Positions 1 through 10,803 of a stretch of DNA of 51,446 nt are shown one piece after another. A program made the translations under genes and the position numbers. The DNA is taken from NCBI GenBank assembly GCA_001661245.1, contig KV454012.1, forward strand, positions 774,147 through 825,592, given 5' to 3'. Each line of letters opens with the position of its first letter. Position 1 is the stretch's first letter. Under the pieces are notes generated by a model that did no database searches, was not told where the DNA came from, and worked only from the letters and a program-made list of their open reading frames with translations. This DNA is from Pachysolen tannophilus NRRL Y-2460 (taxonomy: Eukaryota).

Positions 1-674
1 CAAATAATTCAATCTTATTAATAATTAAAGGACTATTACTATTATGTTTATTATTGGAATTAGTATTATTTTTATCCTTAATATGATCTTTAGTATTAGA
101 TTTTTCCTTTGCTTTATAATAATTTGTGTTATTATTATAATTGCATAAATTTTTAAAATCATCATCTGTTAATAAATCAATTTTGTTACCAATAATTAAA
201 ATTGGAGTACAAGAAATAGATGTTTCCAATATTACATTATGTAAAACTTTTTTAGATTCTTTTAAAGTTAACTGATCAGATAAATCAATTACATAAATTA
301 TTAAATCTCTTGAAAGGTAATACCTTTGCCAAATAGAAGATTGAAATCGGGTTTGTCCACTTAAATCATAACATTTTATAATTAAATTCTCAACACGGAA
401 ATAATCCAAATCACAACCAACTGTTGGAATTGTATCTTCTTGAAAACTTTGACCGCTGAGAACTTTAACTAATGATGTCTTACCAGCATTATGTAAACCT
501 AATATAGCAAGATCCAACTATTAATAATTAAACTTTTGTGTTAGCATAAAAAAAAACAAAAAACAAAATTTTCTTCTCTTAAATTCTTAATTAATCTTAT
601 ATACTTACTTCATTAGAATAAAAAAAAGTAAGCAATGAAAGCCACAAATTCTTAAAGTACGATAATAAAGACAT
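1..674 (-). CDS. Arf-like small GTPase, ARL8-like; exons 674-609 and 517-<1, 3' end beyond window
   Basis: Not in ORF track. Spliced translation MSLLSYFKNLWLSLLTFFYSNE|LDLAILGLHNAGKTSLVKVLSGQSFQEDTIPTVG..YDLSGQTRFQSSIWQRY..IIGNKID has G1, G2, G3 and G4 motifs. No Gly2, and an N-terminal amphipathic helix as in ARL8. Frame stays open to base 1. Confidence 0.8.
518..608 (-). other. Spliceosomal intron (91 nt) of ARL8-like gene
   Basis: GTAAGT donor (608-603), TGCTAAC branch (546-540), TAG acceptor (520-518); phase 0 joins the exons in frame. Confidence 0.85.
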
Positions 675-721
675 CTGACTTATATTATAAGTTCAATCTA
701 TTATTCATCTCAATAGAACAA

Positions 722-723
<2 letters not shown>

Positions 724-755
<32 letters not shown>
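724..755. repeat. (TA)16 microsatellite
   Basis: Read directly. Confidence 0.9.
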
Positions 756-761
<6 letters not shown>

Positions 762-801
762 TGAACTAAGGTTTTTTTATTATTTAATAATAACCAAAAG
801 G

Positions 802-908
802 CGGAGAAATAAAATTTCTCCGTTTTGAATCCGCATTTCCTATTCGGAAACTCAAAAGGAAACGGAGAACTTTTTCCAATTTCAATTTCAATACAAAAAA
901 CTTCTCCG
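802..908. promoter_or_regulatory. Four CGGAGAA half-sites, including inverted repeat CGGAGAAAT-aaa-ATTTCTCCG
   Basis: Sites at 802-808, 816-822(rc), 863-869 and 902-908(rc), upstream of the ARL8-like gene. CGG-type zinc-cluster TF site inferred. Confidence 0.45.
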
Positions 909-1507
909 CGTTTTAAATGTTGGCTATGAAAATTGTTAAACCGAAACTTTTTAAGAAACGAGGTTAATCATGAGTTGATTGATTGATTTACTTTTTAATA
1001 ATATATGTTTCAAAATATCAAATTTATTTTTTTTCTTTTTTTTAAAATATATATATATAATAAATATATATATATAGAAGTAATTTTAAAAATCTAGAAG
1101 TAGCAGCTAATATACAATTAAGGAAAGAATGTTCAAAAGAAAGTATCCTGAGGAAGAAAAAAAAAATACCCCAAGTAAAAATGAATGAGAAAAAAGAAAG
1201 AAAATAAAAATAAAATAAAATAAAGTTTATAGTTTAGTAGTTTTGTTGAAAACTCGAGAACTAATAAATAATTCTCAGAAATGCAAAATTTTTTAAAAAG
1301 TTAAAAAAAATAAAAATAATAATAATAATTGTGAACAATTCAACTTGGATTTTAAAAAAGTTGATGAAATGAGTTTTGAGTAATAAACGTTAACGTGAAA
1401 AGAAAAAAAGAAAAAAAGAAAAAAGAAAAAAAGTAAACGCGAAAGGAAAGTAAAGTAAAAGTTTAAATCTCTCGTTTTTCCTTAGTTAGTTTAAATTTTT
1501 TTTTTTT

Positions 1508-2194
1508 TTAACAGTCAATCAAAGCAACAATTTCCAAATGAATTGGACTACATTGACTTCCAATATCTTCATTGTATAAGTTGTAGAAATCGCCTGATAA
1601 ACATTGGTAAAAAGTATCATTTGAACCAAGTGACAAGAGACCACTTTCTGTAATTGCCCAACCTGCAGCATAAATAGCACCTGCTTGTGGTGGAGGACCA
1701 TCAAATTGGAATTGATAATTTGCAACAATCGAACCAATTCTTCCCTTTGAATCTGTCAAGATCGAGGAACTTAAAAATAAAGCTAAAGTATCATCAGATA
1801 AGCATGCTTCTGAAGTAATTTCTATATTACTTGTTGAAGTTGAACTTGATGATGCAGATGTTGCAGTTTCAGTGGCAGATACAGTGGTAACTGCTGATGT
1901 GCCACTTGCTGTTGTTGCACCTTCAACATCTCTCTTACGTACAACTGCTGCGGATCCAGAAGCAGCTGCAGATGATCCTGATGAGGTTGAAATGGTTTGG
2001 ATTGCAATACCAAAAGTTGAAGCATAATCAGTAACTGCACCATCAGAAGCTGAAGCTGATGGAGTCAAAGTCGTCCATGATTCTGATGCTGATGAAGTTG
2101 CAGCAGATGAAACTGAAGAGGATGGAACGTAAGCTGCTAAAGCTTGAGTTGCCAATCCTAAAATTGCTAATGATTTTGCTAATCTGTATTGCAT
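1508..2194 (-). CDS. Pir/Cis3-family cell wall mannoprotein
   Basis: Signal peptide, WTTLTPS and DYASTFGIA pro-region, Kex2 site RKR, Ser/Thr linker, four-Cys domain [29 protein letters not shown] ending in C. Confidence 0.93.
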   Translation of the reverse strand: MQYRLAKSLAILGLATQALAAYVPSSSVSSAATSSASESWTTLTPSASASDGAVTDYASTFGIAIQTISTSSGSSAAASGSAAVVRKRDVEGATTASGTSAVTTVSATETATSASSSSTSTSNIEITSEACLSDDTLALFLSSSILTDSKGRIGSIVANYQFQFDGPPPQAGAIYAAGWAITESGLLSLGSNDTFYQCLSGDFYNLYNEDIGSQCSPIHLEIVALIDC

Positions 2195-2458
2195 TTTTAT
2201 TGATGATAGATGAAAAGAAAGAAAAAATATACTAAAATATATTTATATATATATATATATGTTTTAATATTTTTTTTATATTTATATTGATTTAATAAAA
2301 TAAAAATTTTGTATATTATTTAGGAATCTTCAATCTTTTTATATTAAAATTTGGTGTTTTGCAATCCGAGATACCTAAAACTAGCAATGCAATTTTTTTT
2401 AAATATTGAGAAATTTGTTATAACTGGACTCAAATGATTATTTCGCTCTTTAGATCTT

Positions 2459-2930
2459 TTAAAAATAGTAACTTCAATAATATGGAGGGTTTTAACTTAA
2501 AAATAAAACGTTGATCGTAATAGTTGAAAAAAAAAAAAATTCAAACTTATTATTATTACTTTTGCACATCTTGCTTGAAATATTTGCTACTCAAAAAAAA
2601 AAAAAAAAAAAAGATGGCTTGTTATTAAGGGTCTCTTTAGTTTCTACTTTGACTTTAATAGGAAGGTAATAAATAAATTACGTAGTTACACATATGCAAA
2701 TGAACTTTAACTTAACCGAGCACTTCTTGGGCGAAAAAAAGCAGGAACTTTTCATTAAAGAAATGAAAAAAAATTAAAATAAAATTTCCTTTTTAAGTTA
2801 ATTCAAAACATTAGCAATTAAGTTTCCCTTTTAAGGAGGCTCAAAATTGTTTAAATTATTTAAAATAACCTTTCTTAAAGCATTATAAGCCGAGGTATTC
2901 TCTTAATTTTATAATCTCATCTATTAATAG
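2459..2930. promoter_or_regulatory. Rlm1 (MEF2-type) sites and a CArG box in the PIR-like promoter
   Basis: CTATTAATAG 2921-2930 is a perfect CTA(W)4TAG; TTAAAAATAG 2459-2468; CCTTTTAAGG 2827-2836 fits CC(W)6GG. PIR genes are known Rlm1 targets in S. cerevisiae. Confidence 0.5.
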
Positions 2931-3879
2931 GTACAAGCAATAAAATTTTATTTGTATATTTAATTTGTTCCTAAAAAAAAAAAAAAAAAAAATAGTTCCA
3001 GTATAATCAATTCCCCATCAATATCCGGCCAAGATTTGGTGATAAATCGTGAATCGTGAATTGTGAATCTTTAATACCGAAATAGGAAAAACTTTAAATT
3101 TCTTACAAGTGTATACGTACCAAACCTAAATAACACAAGCTAACTTCTTTTTCTTTTTTTTTTTGTTTAAAAAAGAAAAATCGTATTCAATCAAATTCGC
3201 CAATTTTCTTATCCAATCATTAAATTGAAAACATATTTTTCTATTTAATTTTCTTTTTTTTTTTTTTGGTAATAAATATGCAATAAATGTACCTCCTAAC
3301 ATTCTGGAATTTCTCTGTTGCGCCAACTAAACTGACATTCCTGTAAGATCAAAAAGTAAGGTTCTGTAGATTGCTTTCTTGCAGCTCGAAGAGAAGATCT
3401 CGGGCGAAAAAATTGAGAAGAAAAAAAAAAAAAAAAAAGACAATAAGGCTGTAAGCTTATGTTCGAGGGCGGTTTCAAGGGTTTTCTTCGGAAAACAAAA
3501 CAAAAAAAATAAGAGAAGGTTTATTGCATAACTGGGGCTGCATATGGTATATGCAACTAGATGTTAATATTATAGAGAATGATTGTCTATTAGTGACAGA
3601 TAGATTTATATATAGTATTAGACAACTATGGTAACTTAATTTTTGCTTCGCCAAAAAAGAATCATTTTGTATTAATTATATTGATGGTTGGTCGGTTGGT
3701 TGGTTTAAAACATACAAAATTTTGGTTAAGAAAGGAAGAGAAAAAAATAAAGTTCAATTAAAAATTTAATTTGAAGAAAAGAAAAAAAATGAGAGAAACA
3801 TATATATAAAAAAAAACCTAAACATTATTACTACTAACTATGAAGGTTTTCTTTTTTCCTTTTTTCTTTTTCCATTCTT

Positions 3880-5667
3880 TTACAGAGTTCTAATAATACC
3901 AGCAGCCATTAAAGTAGTGATTTTTTTATAAACTTCAGGGTTTTTCATATGTTCTTGCAAAGCCGCTGGATTATCTCTTGCTTGCTGCAAGATACTATTC
4001 ATTACCGGATCTTGCAATATAGCAACCACTTCCGGATCTTTACTTGCTCTTTCTAGAGTTTGTTCTGGAGATTCACCTTCAACTGCAGCGAATCTTTGGG
4101 ATGATGCTTTATGGAATAATTGATCAATTTCATGTGTTGAAGTATTATCATTTAATTCAATTGCTTTTGCTCTCAGTTGTGATAAAGTTTCCATTGATTG
4201 AGAAAATTCTTTAAGAGCCAATTGAGCAGTTGCTTTTCTAATATAAGCTCTAATGAAATTAGGATCAAGTTTAATTGCCTCATTACAATCTTTAATAGCT
4301 TCTGGGAATGACATTAATTTTGCCAATGCAGCAGCTCTATTTGAATAACCTCTTGCATCTTTAGGAGCTCTTTTTATCATTTCAGTATATTGTTTAACAG
4401 CATTTGGCCAATCTCCTTTGGAAAAAAATTCCTTACCTGATAATCTTGCTTCTTCTGCTTTTTCTGGATCAACATACAGTTCAGATTCTCTTGTTTTTAA
4501 TAATTTTTCAGTTGATCTTAATTTATTCAAAGTTTCTGGTGTACGATGTTCTGTTAAAGATTTTTCAAAATAATGGATTGCCTTTGGTAAATCATCCATT
4601 TTTAAATAAGTATTACCAATTCTTGCAAATGATTTGGCAACTAATTTATAATCAGCTCTCATATCTCTACCTGCTTCAACAGCTTGTTCACATGTTTTAA
4701 TTGTTTGTTCATAATCACCTTTTTCAAATTCAGCAGCAGCACGATTATTTAAATAAGTGATATCATTGTGAAGGTTCCAAGCTTTATCATATAATGCAAT
4801 TGCTTCATCAAATTGACGTTTCTTATATAAAGCATTGGCTTCTTGTTTAAGAGCATTTGCTTGCTTTACAGAATCATCATCTTCTTGGTTCTTACTAGAA
4901 GATGCATCTTTCATTTCAACATCAGCTGCCTTTGACTGCTGATGATCTTTCTTTTCTTCCCCTTTCAGTTCATGTTCATGCTCATGTTCATGTCCATGTT
5001 CGTGTTCGTGTTCGTGATCATGGTCATGGTCATGATCATGATCATGTTCATTTTTTTCTTCAGCGTTAGGATTCATACTTAAATCAACACCCAATAACGA
5101 TGCCATAATTGTCATTAACCTTTGATCTTTCAAAAATTCACCAGCCATAGATTGAGGGTTTGCTTGTAATTGTTGAACTTTTGATACTAATTGTGGATCT
5201 TTCATCAATTCTGCAGTCTTTGGATTTTTCCTCAATTTTTCAATTAACATTGGATCAGAAAAAATTTGACCCATTCCTAAATCAGGTGGTTGTCTCTTTT
5301 GTTGTTCCAACAAGTTCTTAATGGTATCCAAACCTTCCTTTGCCATCTTATTACCTGGCTCTAATTCTAAAGCCTTTTCATAAGATTTTAATGCATCTTC
5401 ATAATGTCCTTTACCAAATTCAGCACCAGCTATTCTATTATAACCTTTTGCCCAAGATGGATTGATCTCCACACATTTCTCAGCATCTTTTAAAGCATCA
5501 TCAAATTTCTTCAAAGATGCAAAACATGCAGACCTATTCGAATACAATACATGATTTGGTACTGTAGAAACTTCAATAGCTTTTGAAAATGATTCAACAG
5601 CTTTATCAAATTGTTTGGCACTGAAATACAGATTACCTTCAGCCTTTAATTCTTCAACAGAAGACAT
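3880..5667 (-). CDS. STI1: Hsp70/Hsp90 co-chaperone Sti1/Hop
   Basis: TPR1-DP1-TPR2A-TPR2B-DP2 architecture; NHVLYSNRSA, KSLTEHRTP, ARGYSNRAAALAKL, ILQDPVM..AAGII. Confidence 0.97.
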   Translation of the reverse strand: MSSVEELKAEGNLYFSAKQFDKAVESFSKAIEVSTVPNHVLYSNRSACFASLKKFDDALKDAEKCVEINPSWAKGYNRIAGAEFGKGHYEDALKSYEKALELEPGNKMAKEGLDTIKNLLEQQKRQPPDLGMGQIFSDPMLIEKLRKNPKTAELMKDPQLVSKVQQLQANPQSMAGEFLKDQRLMTIMASLLGVDLSMNPNAEEKNEHDHDHDHDHDHEHEHEHGHEHEHEHELKGEEKKDHQQSKAADVEMKDASSSKNQEDDDSVKQANALKQEANALYKKRQFDEAIALYDKAWNLHNDITYLNNRAAAEFEKGDYEQTIKTCEQAVEAGRDMRADYKLVAKSFARIGNTYLKMDDLPKAIHYFEKSLTEHRTPETLNKLRSTEKLLKTRESELYVDPEKAEEARLSGKEFFSKGDWPNAVKQYTEMIKRAPKDARGYSNRAAALAKLMSFPEAIKDCNEAIKLDPNFIRAYIRKATAQLALKEFSQSMETLSQLRAKAIELNDNTSTHEIDQLFHKASSQRFAAVEGESPEQTLERASKDPEVVAILQDPVMNSILQQARDNPAALQEHMKNPEVYKKITTLMAAGIIRTL

Positions 5668-5996
5668 TTGAATTGAAAAAATTTAAACTATTAAACTTAG
5701 AGAGAAATCTCAATGAATTTCAATTAATCAAATCACACACCGATAATAAACAATTTTTACTAATCGTTCAACTAGTTTCCAATATAATTTATTATATTTA
5801 TACCCATCATCTTCAAAACCTTTTTCAAATTTTTCTAGAAGAAACCAAAAATCAAAAAGTCAAAAAAGAAAAAATTGATTGATTCCCGCGCGCACGACCT
5901 TAAATTTTCCCTTTCAATTTTAGCGCCCAAAATTATTGCCAACGACGACGACGACAACAACAAAGAAGAAGCTCTTTAGATATTGGATCTAATCAT

Positions 5997-7469
5997 ATGG
6001 AGGGTAGAGGTTTATTGGGGAGTATGTCTGGTGGTGTTGATGGTTTTTTTGAGAGGGCTTCAGCTGGGTTTGTTGATTTTTTATTGGATAATGGGGTGAA
6101 AATATCTGAGAAAGTACAAGTTTGGGATTATAGAGATGTTAATCAAGGTAGAGGTTTGAAAGCTATTCAAGATATAGAGAAGGATGAGGTATTATTTTCT
6201 GTTCCCAGGTCTGTGATTTTGAATGTAGAGACGAGTTCGTTGCCGGAAGGTGTAAAAATGAAGTTGAAGGATCTTGGTCAGTGGGAAGCTTTAATAATTA
6301 CTATATTGTATGAGAAGTATACAAGTTTTTCCAAATGGATACCATATTTTGAAGTTTTACCATCTTCAAATTTTAATAATTTGATGTTTTGGGATCAAGA
6401 TGATTTAGTAAACTTGGGGCCTTCTTTGGTGTTGGATAGGATTGGTAAGGTTGAAGCTGAAGAAATGTATAAGAAAATTTTCCCCCAAATTGTTCAATCT
6501 TTAGGTTTATACGAATTGTTGAAAGATGTCAGTATTGATGAGTTTCATAAAGTAGCAAGCACGATCATGTCTTATTCCTTTGACGTTTCCAAAAGCGTTG
6601 ATACTAATGAAGAAGATGAGGAGGAGGAGGAAGAAGAAGAAGAATTTATCAAGACAATGGTTCCGTTAGCTGATACTTTAAACGCCGATACAAACTTGTG
6701 CAATGCTCATTTGATATATACAAAAGATGCATTGGTTATGACAGCTATCAGCAAGATTGGCAAAGGGGAACAGGTTTATAACTCATATGGAGAGCACCCA
6801 AACTCTGAAATTTTGAGAAGGTATGGTTATGTTGAACCAAATGGTTCAAAATTTGATTTTGGTGAAATACTTTTAACTTCAATTGAAAAAAATTTCTCTG
6901 AATTTTATAATATTGAAAATAATTTAATGACATTAATAATTAAAAGTATTTCTAAAAGTGAATTTTTAACTGAAATGGAAAATAGTATTATTTTTGAAAC
7001 TTATGAATGTTATAAAGATGGTGAAACAATACCTGAATTCATTCTTTTACTGCAAGTCTTAACTCTTGTTGGTTTAATTCATCAAAGTGAAGATGGTCTT
7101 GAACTGGAAACTTTCAAGTTGGAACAATTTATAAACAGATTAGTAAAGAAAAGTTTTATGTTGATTGAAGATGGGAAATTGACTAAATCTACAAAGGAAA
7201 ATATAATCAAAATTATGGAACTGAGAATTACAAGTTATACAAATTTCTTAAAGGAAAATAAACTTAGTTCCGATAATACAGATATTCATAAATTGAGAGT
7301 TTCAATGGCAAAATCCGTACTTAAATCGGAATTAGATTCTTTAAACAATACAAAGTTGAAATTTGCAACAAATTTTAAACTCATTGATGATGAAAAGATG
7401 ATTAGAAACGTTTTAAAACGAAAGATGCTGACTGATGATACCATTAGAACTAAGAAAGCAAAGAAATAG
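5997..7469 (+). CDS. RKM4: SET-domain ribosomal lysine methyltransferase Rkm4/Set7 (start may be the second ATG, MSGG)
   Basis: GRGLKA; MVPLADTLNAD; YGEHPNSEILRRYGYVE..GSKFDFGE; basic C-terminal NLS. Confidence 0.85.
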   Translation: MEGRGLLGSMSGGVDGFFERASAGFVDFLLDNGVKISEKVQVWDYRDVNQGRGLKAIQDIEKDEVLFSVPRSVILNVETSSLPEGVKMKLKDLGQWEALIITILYEKYTSFSKWIPYFEVLPSSNFNNLMFWDQDDLVNLGPSLVLDRIGKVEAEEMYKKIFPQIVQSLGLYELLKDVSIDEFHKVASTIMSYSFDVSKSVDTNEEDEEEEEEEEEFIKTMVPLADTLNADTNLCNAHLIYTKDALVMTAISKIGKGEQVYNSYGEHPNSEILRRYGYVEPNGSKFDFGEILLTSIEKNFSEFYNIENNLMTLIIKSISKSEFLTEMENSIIFETYECYKDGETIPEFILLLQVLTLVGLIHQSEDGLELETFKLEQFINRLVKKSFMLIEDGKLTKSTKENIIKIMELRITSYTNFLKENKLSSDNTDIHKLRVSMAKSVLKSELDSLNNTKLKFATNFKLIDDEKMIRNVLKRKMLTDDTIRTKKAKK

Positions 7470-7567
7470 AATTAGAAATCAGGAATCGGTTTCTTTTGAT
7501 TTTTTTTTCTTGTATAAAACTGTAAAATATACATATATTTAAATAAATTGTAAATGAAAATAAATTT

Positions 7568-7575
7568 GTAAACAA
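7568..7575 (+). promoter_or_regulatory. Forkhead-type site GTAAACAA upstream of BUB3
   Basis: Exact Fkh/Hcm1-type motif about 115 bp before the ATG; single short site in AT-rich DNA. Confidence 0.3.
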
Positions 7576-7687
7576 ATCAAACTATTATTGTTTAAATTAG
7601 ATGTCGATATATATATAAATATAAATAAAATATATATGTATGGAATATTCTATATATCTCAAGTGATTTTGAGAGATAGATTGGGTC

Positions 7688-8674
7688 ATGAGTAAGATGG
7701 TAGAGCTACCTGATCCGCCTGGAGATATAATAACGTCATTAAAATTGTCACCGGTTTATCCAAATCATTTATTGGCTACATCTATAGATGGACAAATCAA
7801 ATTGTACGATATCAGGGCCAATACATCATTACAAGTTTTAAATAGCACTCATGGTGGGATATTAGATTCTTGCTTTTTAGTGGATTCAAATAGATCGTTT
7901 ATTGGTAATAGTGATGGAATAATATCAGAATTAGATTTTATAAACGAGACATGTAATAAAAAAATTGGTAAACCTCATACAAACGGTATCAAAAGTTTAA
8001 TTTCAATTGATCAAAATTCATTAATTAGTGGATCCTGGGATAAGACTTTCCAAAAAATTGATTTAAGGTCACCACAAGTTAGTGAAATATATGATTTACC
8101 TGGAAAAGTTTTTGCAATGGATTCAAGTCAAGATAAGAATAAAATAGTTATTGCAATGTCCAAAAGATTAATTCATATTTATGATCCAAGATTTATAGAT
8201 AAACCATTACAAGTAAGAGAAAGTGGACTAAGATATCAGACAAGATCCATAAAATGTATGCCAGATAATCAAGGTTTTGTAATTGCATCCATAGAGGGGA
8301 AAGTTGCAGTTGAATACTTTGATTTATCAAATGAGGTCCAATCAAAGAAATATGCCTTTAAATGCCACAGATCAAAAGATCAAACCAATACCAACATAGA
8401 GCAAGAAATAGTCTCTTCAGTGAATTCATTATGTTTTGGTAAAGAAAATGAATTATTCACCGGTGGTAGCGATTGTAATGTTTACCTTTGGAATTATCAT
8501 ACAAAGAAAAGATCAAGACTGTTCCTGTTTGATAAAAGTGTGGTTTATATGAATTTTAACGAAAAATACAACTCATTGATAATAGGATGTAGCGATGACT
8601 CTTACAAGGCTATCCCATATACTTCTGCTGGCTCAAAGCATTCGGATTCAAAAATTTATATCCAATCTTTTTAG
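7688..8674 (+). CDS. BUB3: Spindle checkpoint WD40 protein Bub3
   Basis: RESGLRYQTRSIKC, SIEGKVAVEYFD, KKYAFKCHR, TGGSD; WD40 repeats. Confidence 0.9.
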   Translation: MSKMVELPDPPGDIITSLKLSPVYPNHLLATSIDGQIKLYDIRANTSLQVLNSTHGGILDSCFLVDSNRSFIGNSDGIISELDFINETCNKKIGKPHTNGIKSLISIDQNSLISGSWDKTFQKIDLRSPQVSEIYDLPGKVFAMDSSQDKNKIVIAMSKRLIHIYDPRFIDKPLQVRESGLRYQTRSIKCMPDNQGFVIASIEGKVAVEYFDLSNEVQSKKYAFKCHRSKDQTNTNIEQEIVSSVNSLCFGKENELFTGGSDCNVYLWNYHTKKRSRLFLFDKSVVYMNFNEKYNSLIIGCSDDSYKAIPYTSAGSKHSDSKIYIQSF

Positions 8675-8852
8675 CTGTGTCCACTTGTAAAAAATAGGGT
8701 TAAAAATTTTTCATAAAATTTTTCTTTTTTCTTTTTTTTAGTTCTTTTCTTTCTTTTTGTCCATAATATAAATATCAACTTCATTTTAAATACGAAATTT
8801 TTGGGAAAAGAACTTGTAAATAATTAGAGGTTAAAGAAGAGTTTTATCAAGG

Positions 8853-10481
8853 ATGGTAGGAAGTCTTGTTGGTACTGGGCTTATGAGGTCCAATGGATTT
8901 TTTATTCGTCGTATTCTGTTAGTTAAGAGTATGAAAACTTGCAGTAAAATATTTAGGGGAAACTCAGGTGTAATGATTACTACTGGTAGTCGTAAATATG
9001 CTACGAAGAGTATTGTTCAATTAACGAGGGAGAAATATCCAAAAATCAAGAGAAATGATTCTTTTAAGAAGCTTGAGCAAGAAGATATAAATTTTTTTAA
9101 ATCTGTTTTACAAAATGATAACGGTGTTGTAACAAATAAAGACGATTTAGAATTTTTCAATGAAGATTGGATGAGAAAATATCGTGGAGAATCACTGGTT
9201 GTTTTGAAACCAAAGACAGTTCAGGAAGTTTCTCAAATTGTTAAATATTGTAATGAAAAGAAGTTGGCTATTGTTCCACAAGGTGGGAATACAGGATTAG
9301 TTGGTGGATCTGTACCTGTTTTTGATGAAGTTATTCTTTCTTTATCTTCAATGAAAAAAATTAGAAGTTTTGATAAAGTTAGTGGTATTCTTAAAGCTGA
9401 TGCTGGTTTAATCTTAGAAAATGCTGATATATATTTATCCGAGAGAGGTTATATTTTCCCATTAGATTTAGGTGCTAAAGGATCATGTCATATTGGAGGA
9501 AATGTTGCAACTAATGCTGGTGGTTTAAGGTTATTACGTTATGGTTCATTACATGGATCTGTCTTGGGTTTAGAAGTTGTGTTACCGGATGGTACAATAT
9601 TGGACTCTATGCATTCATTAAGAAAGGATAATACAGGTTATGATCTTAAACAAATGTTTATTGGTTCCGAGGGGACCTTAGGTATAATTACAGGTGTTTC
9701 AATACTTTGTCCAGCAAGACCAAAAGCATTTAATGTTGCATTTTTGGGTGTTTCTTCTTATGAAGCAGTTCAAAAAACTTTTGTTCATGCTAGAGGTGAA
9801 TTATCAGAAATTTTATCTGCTTTTGAATTTATGGATAGTAAATCTCAAAAATTAACAGCTAAACATTTAAATTCACCTCATCCATTAGATGATCCATTTC
9901 CATTTTATATACTTATTGAAACTTCTGGTTCTAATAAGGAACATGATGATGCCAAATTAGAATCTTTCTTGGAAAGTGCAATGGAAAATGGTCTTATAGA
10001 TGATGGTATTGTTGCTCAGGATGAAACACAAGTTCAAACTTTATGGCAATGGAGAGAACAAATACCTGAAGCTTCCACTATTGGTGGTGGAGTTTATAAA
10101 TATGATGTATCATTACCATTACCTGATTTATATGGACTTGTAGAAGCTGTTAGAGCAAAATTGAACGATGCTAATTTAATTGGTGAAACCGATGAATTCC
10201 CTGTTGTTGATGCTGTAGGGTATGGTCACATTGGTGATGGAAATTTACATTTGAATGTTGCTGTAAGAAGATATACAAAAGATGTTGAAAAAGTATTAGA
10301 ACCATTTGTTTATGAATGGATTCAAAGTAAAAAAGGTTCCATCAGTGCTGAGCATGGTTTAGGTTTCCAAAAGAAAAATTATATTCATTATTCCAAGAGT
10401 GATCAAGAAATTAAAATGATTAAAGATTTGAAAAATCATTATGATCCAAATGGTATTTTGAACCCATACAAATATGTTTAG
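8853..10481 (+). CDS. DLD2: Mitochondrial D-2-hydroxyglutarate/D-lactate dehydrogenase (FAD-linked)
   Basis: [72 protein letters not shown]; Arg/Ser-rich presequence with several in-frame ATGs. Confidence 0.93.
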   Translation: MVGSLVGTGLMRSNGFFIRRILLVKSMKTCSKIFRGNSGVMITTGSRKYATKSIVQLTREKYPKIKRNDSFKKLEQEDINFFKSVLQNDNGVVTNKDDLEFFNEDWMRKYRGESLVVLKPKTVQEVSQIVKYCNEKKLAIVPQGGNTGLVGGSVPVFDEVILSLSSMKKIRSFDKVSGILKADAGLILENADIYLSERGYIFPLDLGAKGSCHIGGNVATNAGGLRLLRYGSLHGSVLGLEVVLPDGTILDSMHSLRKDNTGYDLKQMFIGSEGTLGIITGVSILCPARPKAFNVAFLGVSSYEAVQKTFVHARGELSEILSAFEFMDSKSQKLTAKHLNSPHPLDDPFPFYILIETSGSNKEHDDAKLESFLESAMENGLIDDGIVAQDETQVQTLWQWREQIPEASTIGGGVYKYDVSLPLPDLYGLVEAVRAKLNDANLIGETDEFPVVDAVGYGHIGDGNLHLNVAVRRYTKDVEKVLEPFVYEWIQSKKGSISAEHGLGFQKKNYIHYSKSDQEIKMIKDLKNHYDPNGILNPYKYV

Positions 10482-10803
10482 AATAAATGTTTCCTATAGA
10501 ATTGTAATTTTTTTTTTATTTTTTATTTTTTATTTCTTATTTACTTATTTACTTATATTTAAATTTTTTGATTAAAAGTGATATTCATATAAATAGTCAA
10601 CTCATTATTTAACACAACTATTAAAAAAATACAAAATTATTTAAAATTATTAAAATTGTTTTAAATTATAAATACAGTCTTAAAAGAAAGCCAAACCTCT
10701 ATTTATCTCCAAACTAATTAACTCCAAATTAAAAAAAATTAAAAAAAAAAAAAAACAAAACACAAACACAAAAACTTATCATTGAAAATAGAAAACACTC
10801 CAA

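Noticed and set aside
1519..2043. Alternative-frame ORFs inside the PIR gene, and similar nested or antisense ORFs in STI1, RKM4, kinesin, RRP14, ZRG17, SOV1, KIN28, TRM3 and RRP42
   Set aside because: Shadows of real genes; low-complexity translations, many with TTG/GTG starts.
3126..3478. Two short minus-strand ORFs
   Set aside because: Dominated by poly-A/T tracts (poly-K/F); no family features.
3455..3490. GTTCGA, tRNA T-loop-like
   Set aside because: No cloverleaf stems or A-box around it.
5833..5840. TTCTAGAA heat-shock element upstream of STI1
   Set aside because: Biologically plausible, but only two correctly phased nGAAn units.
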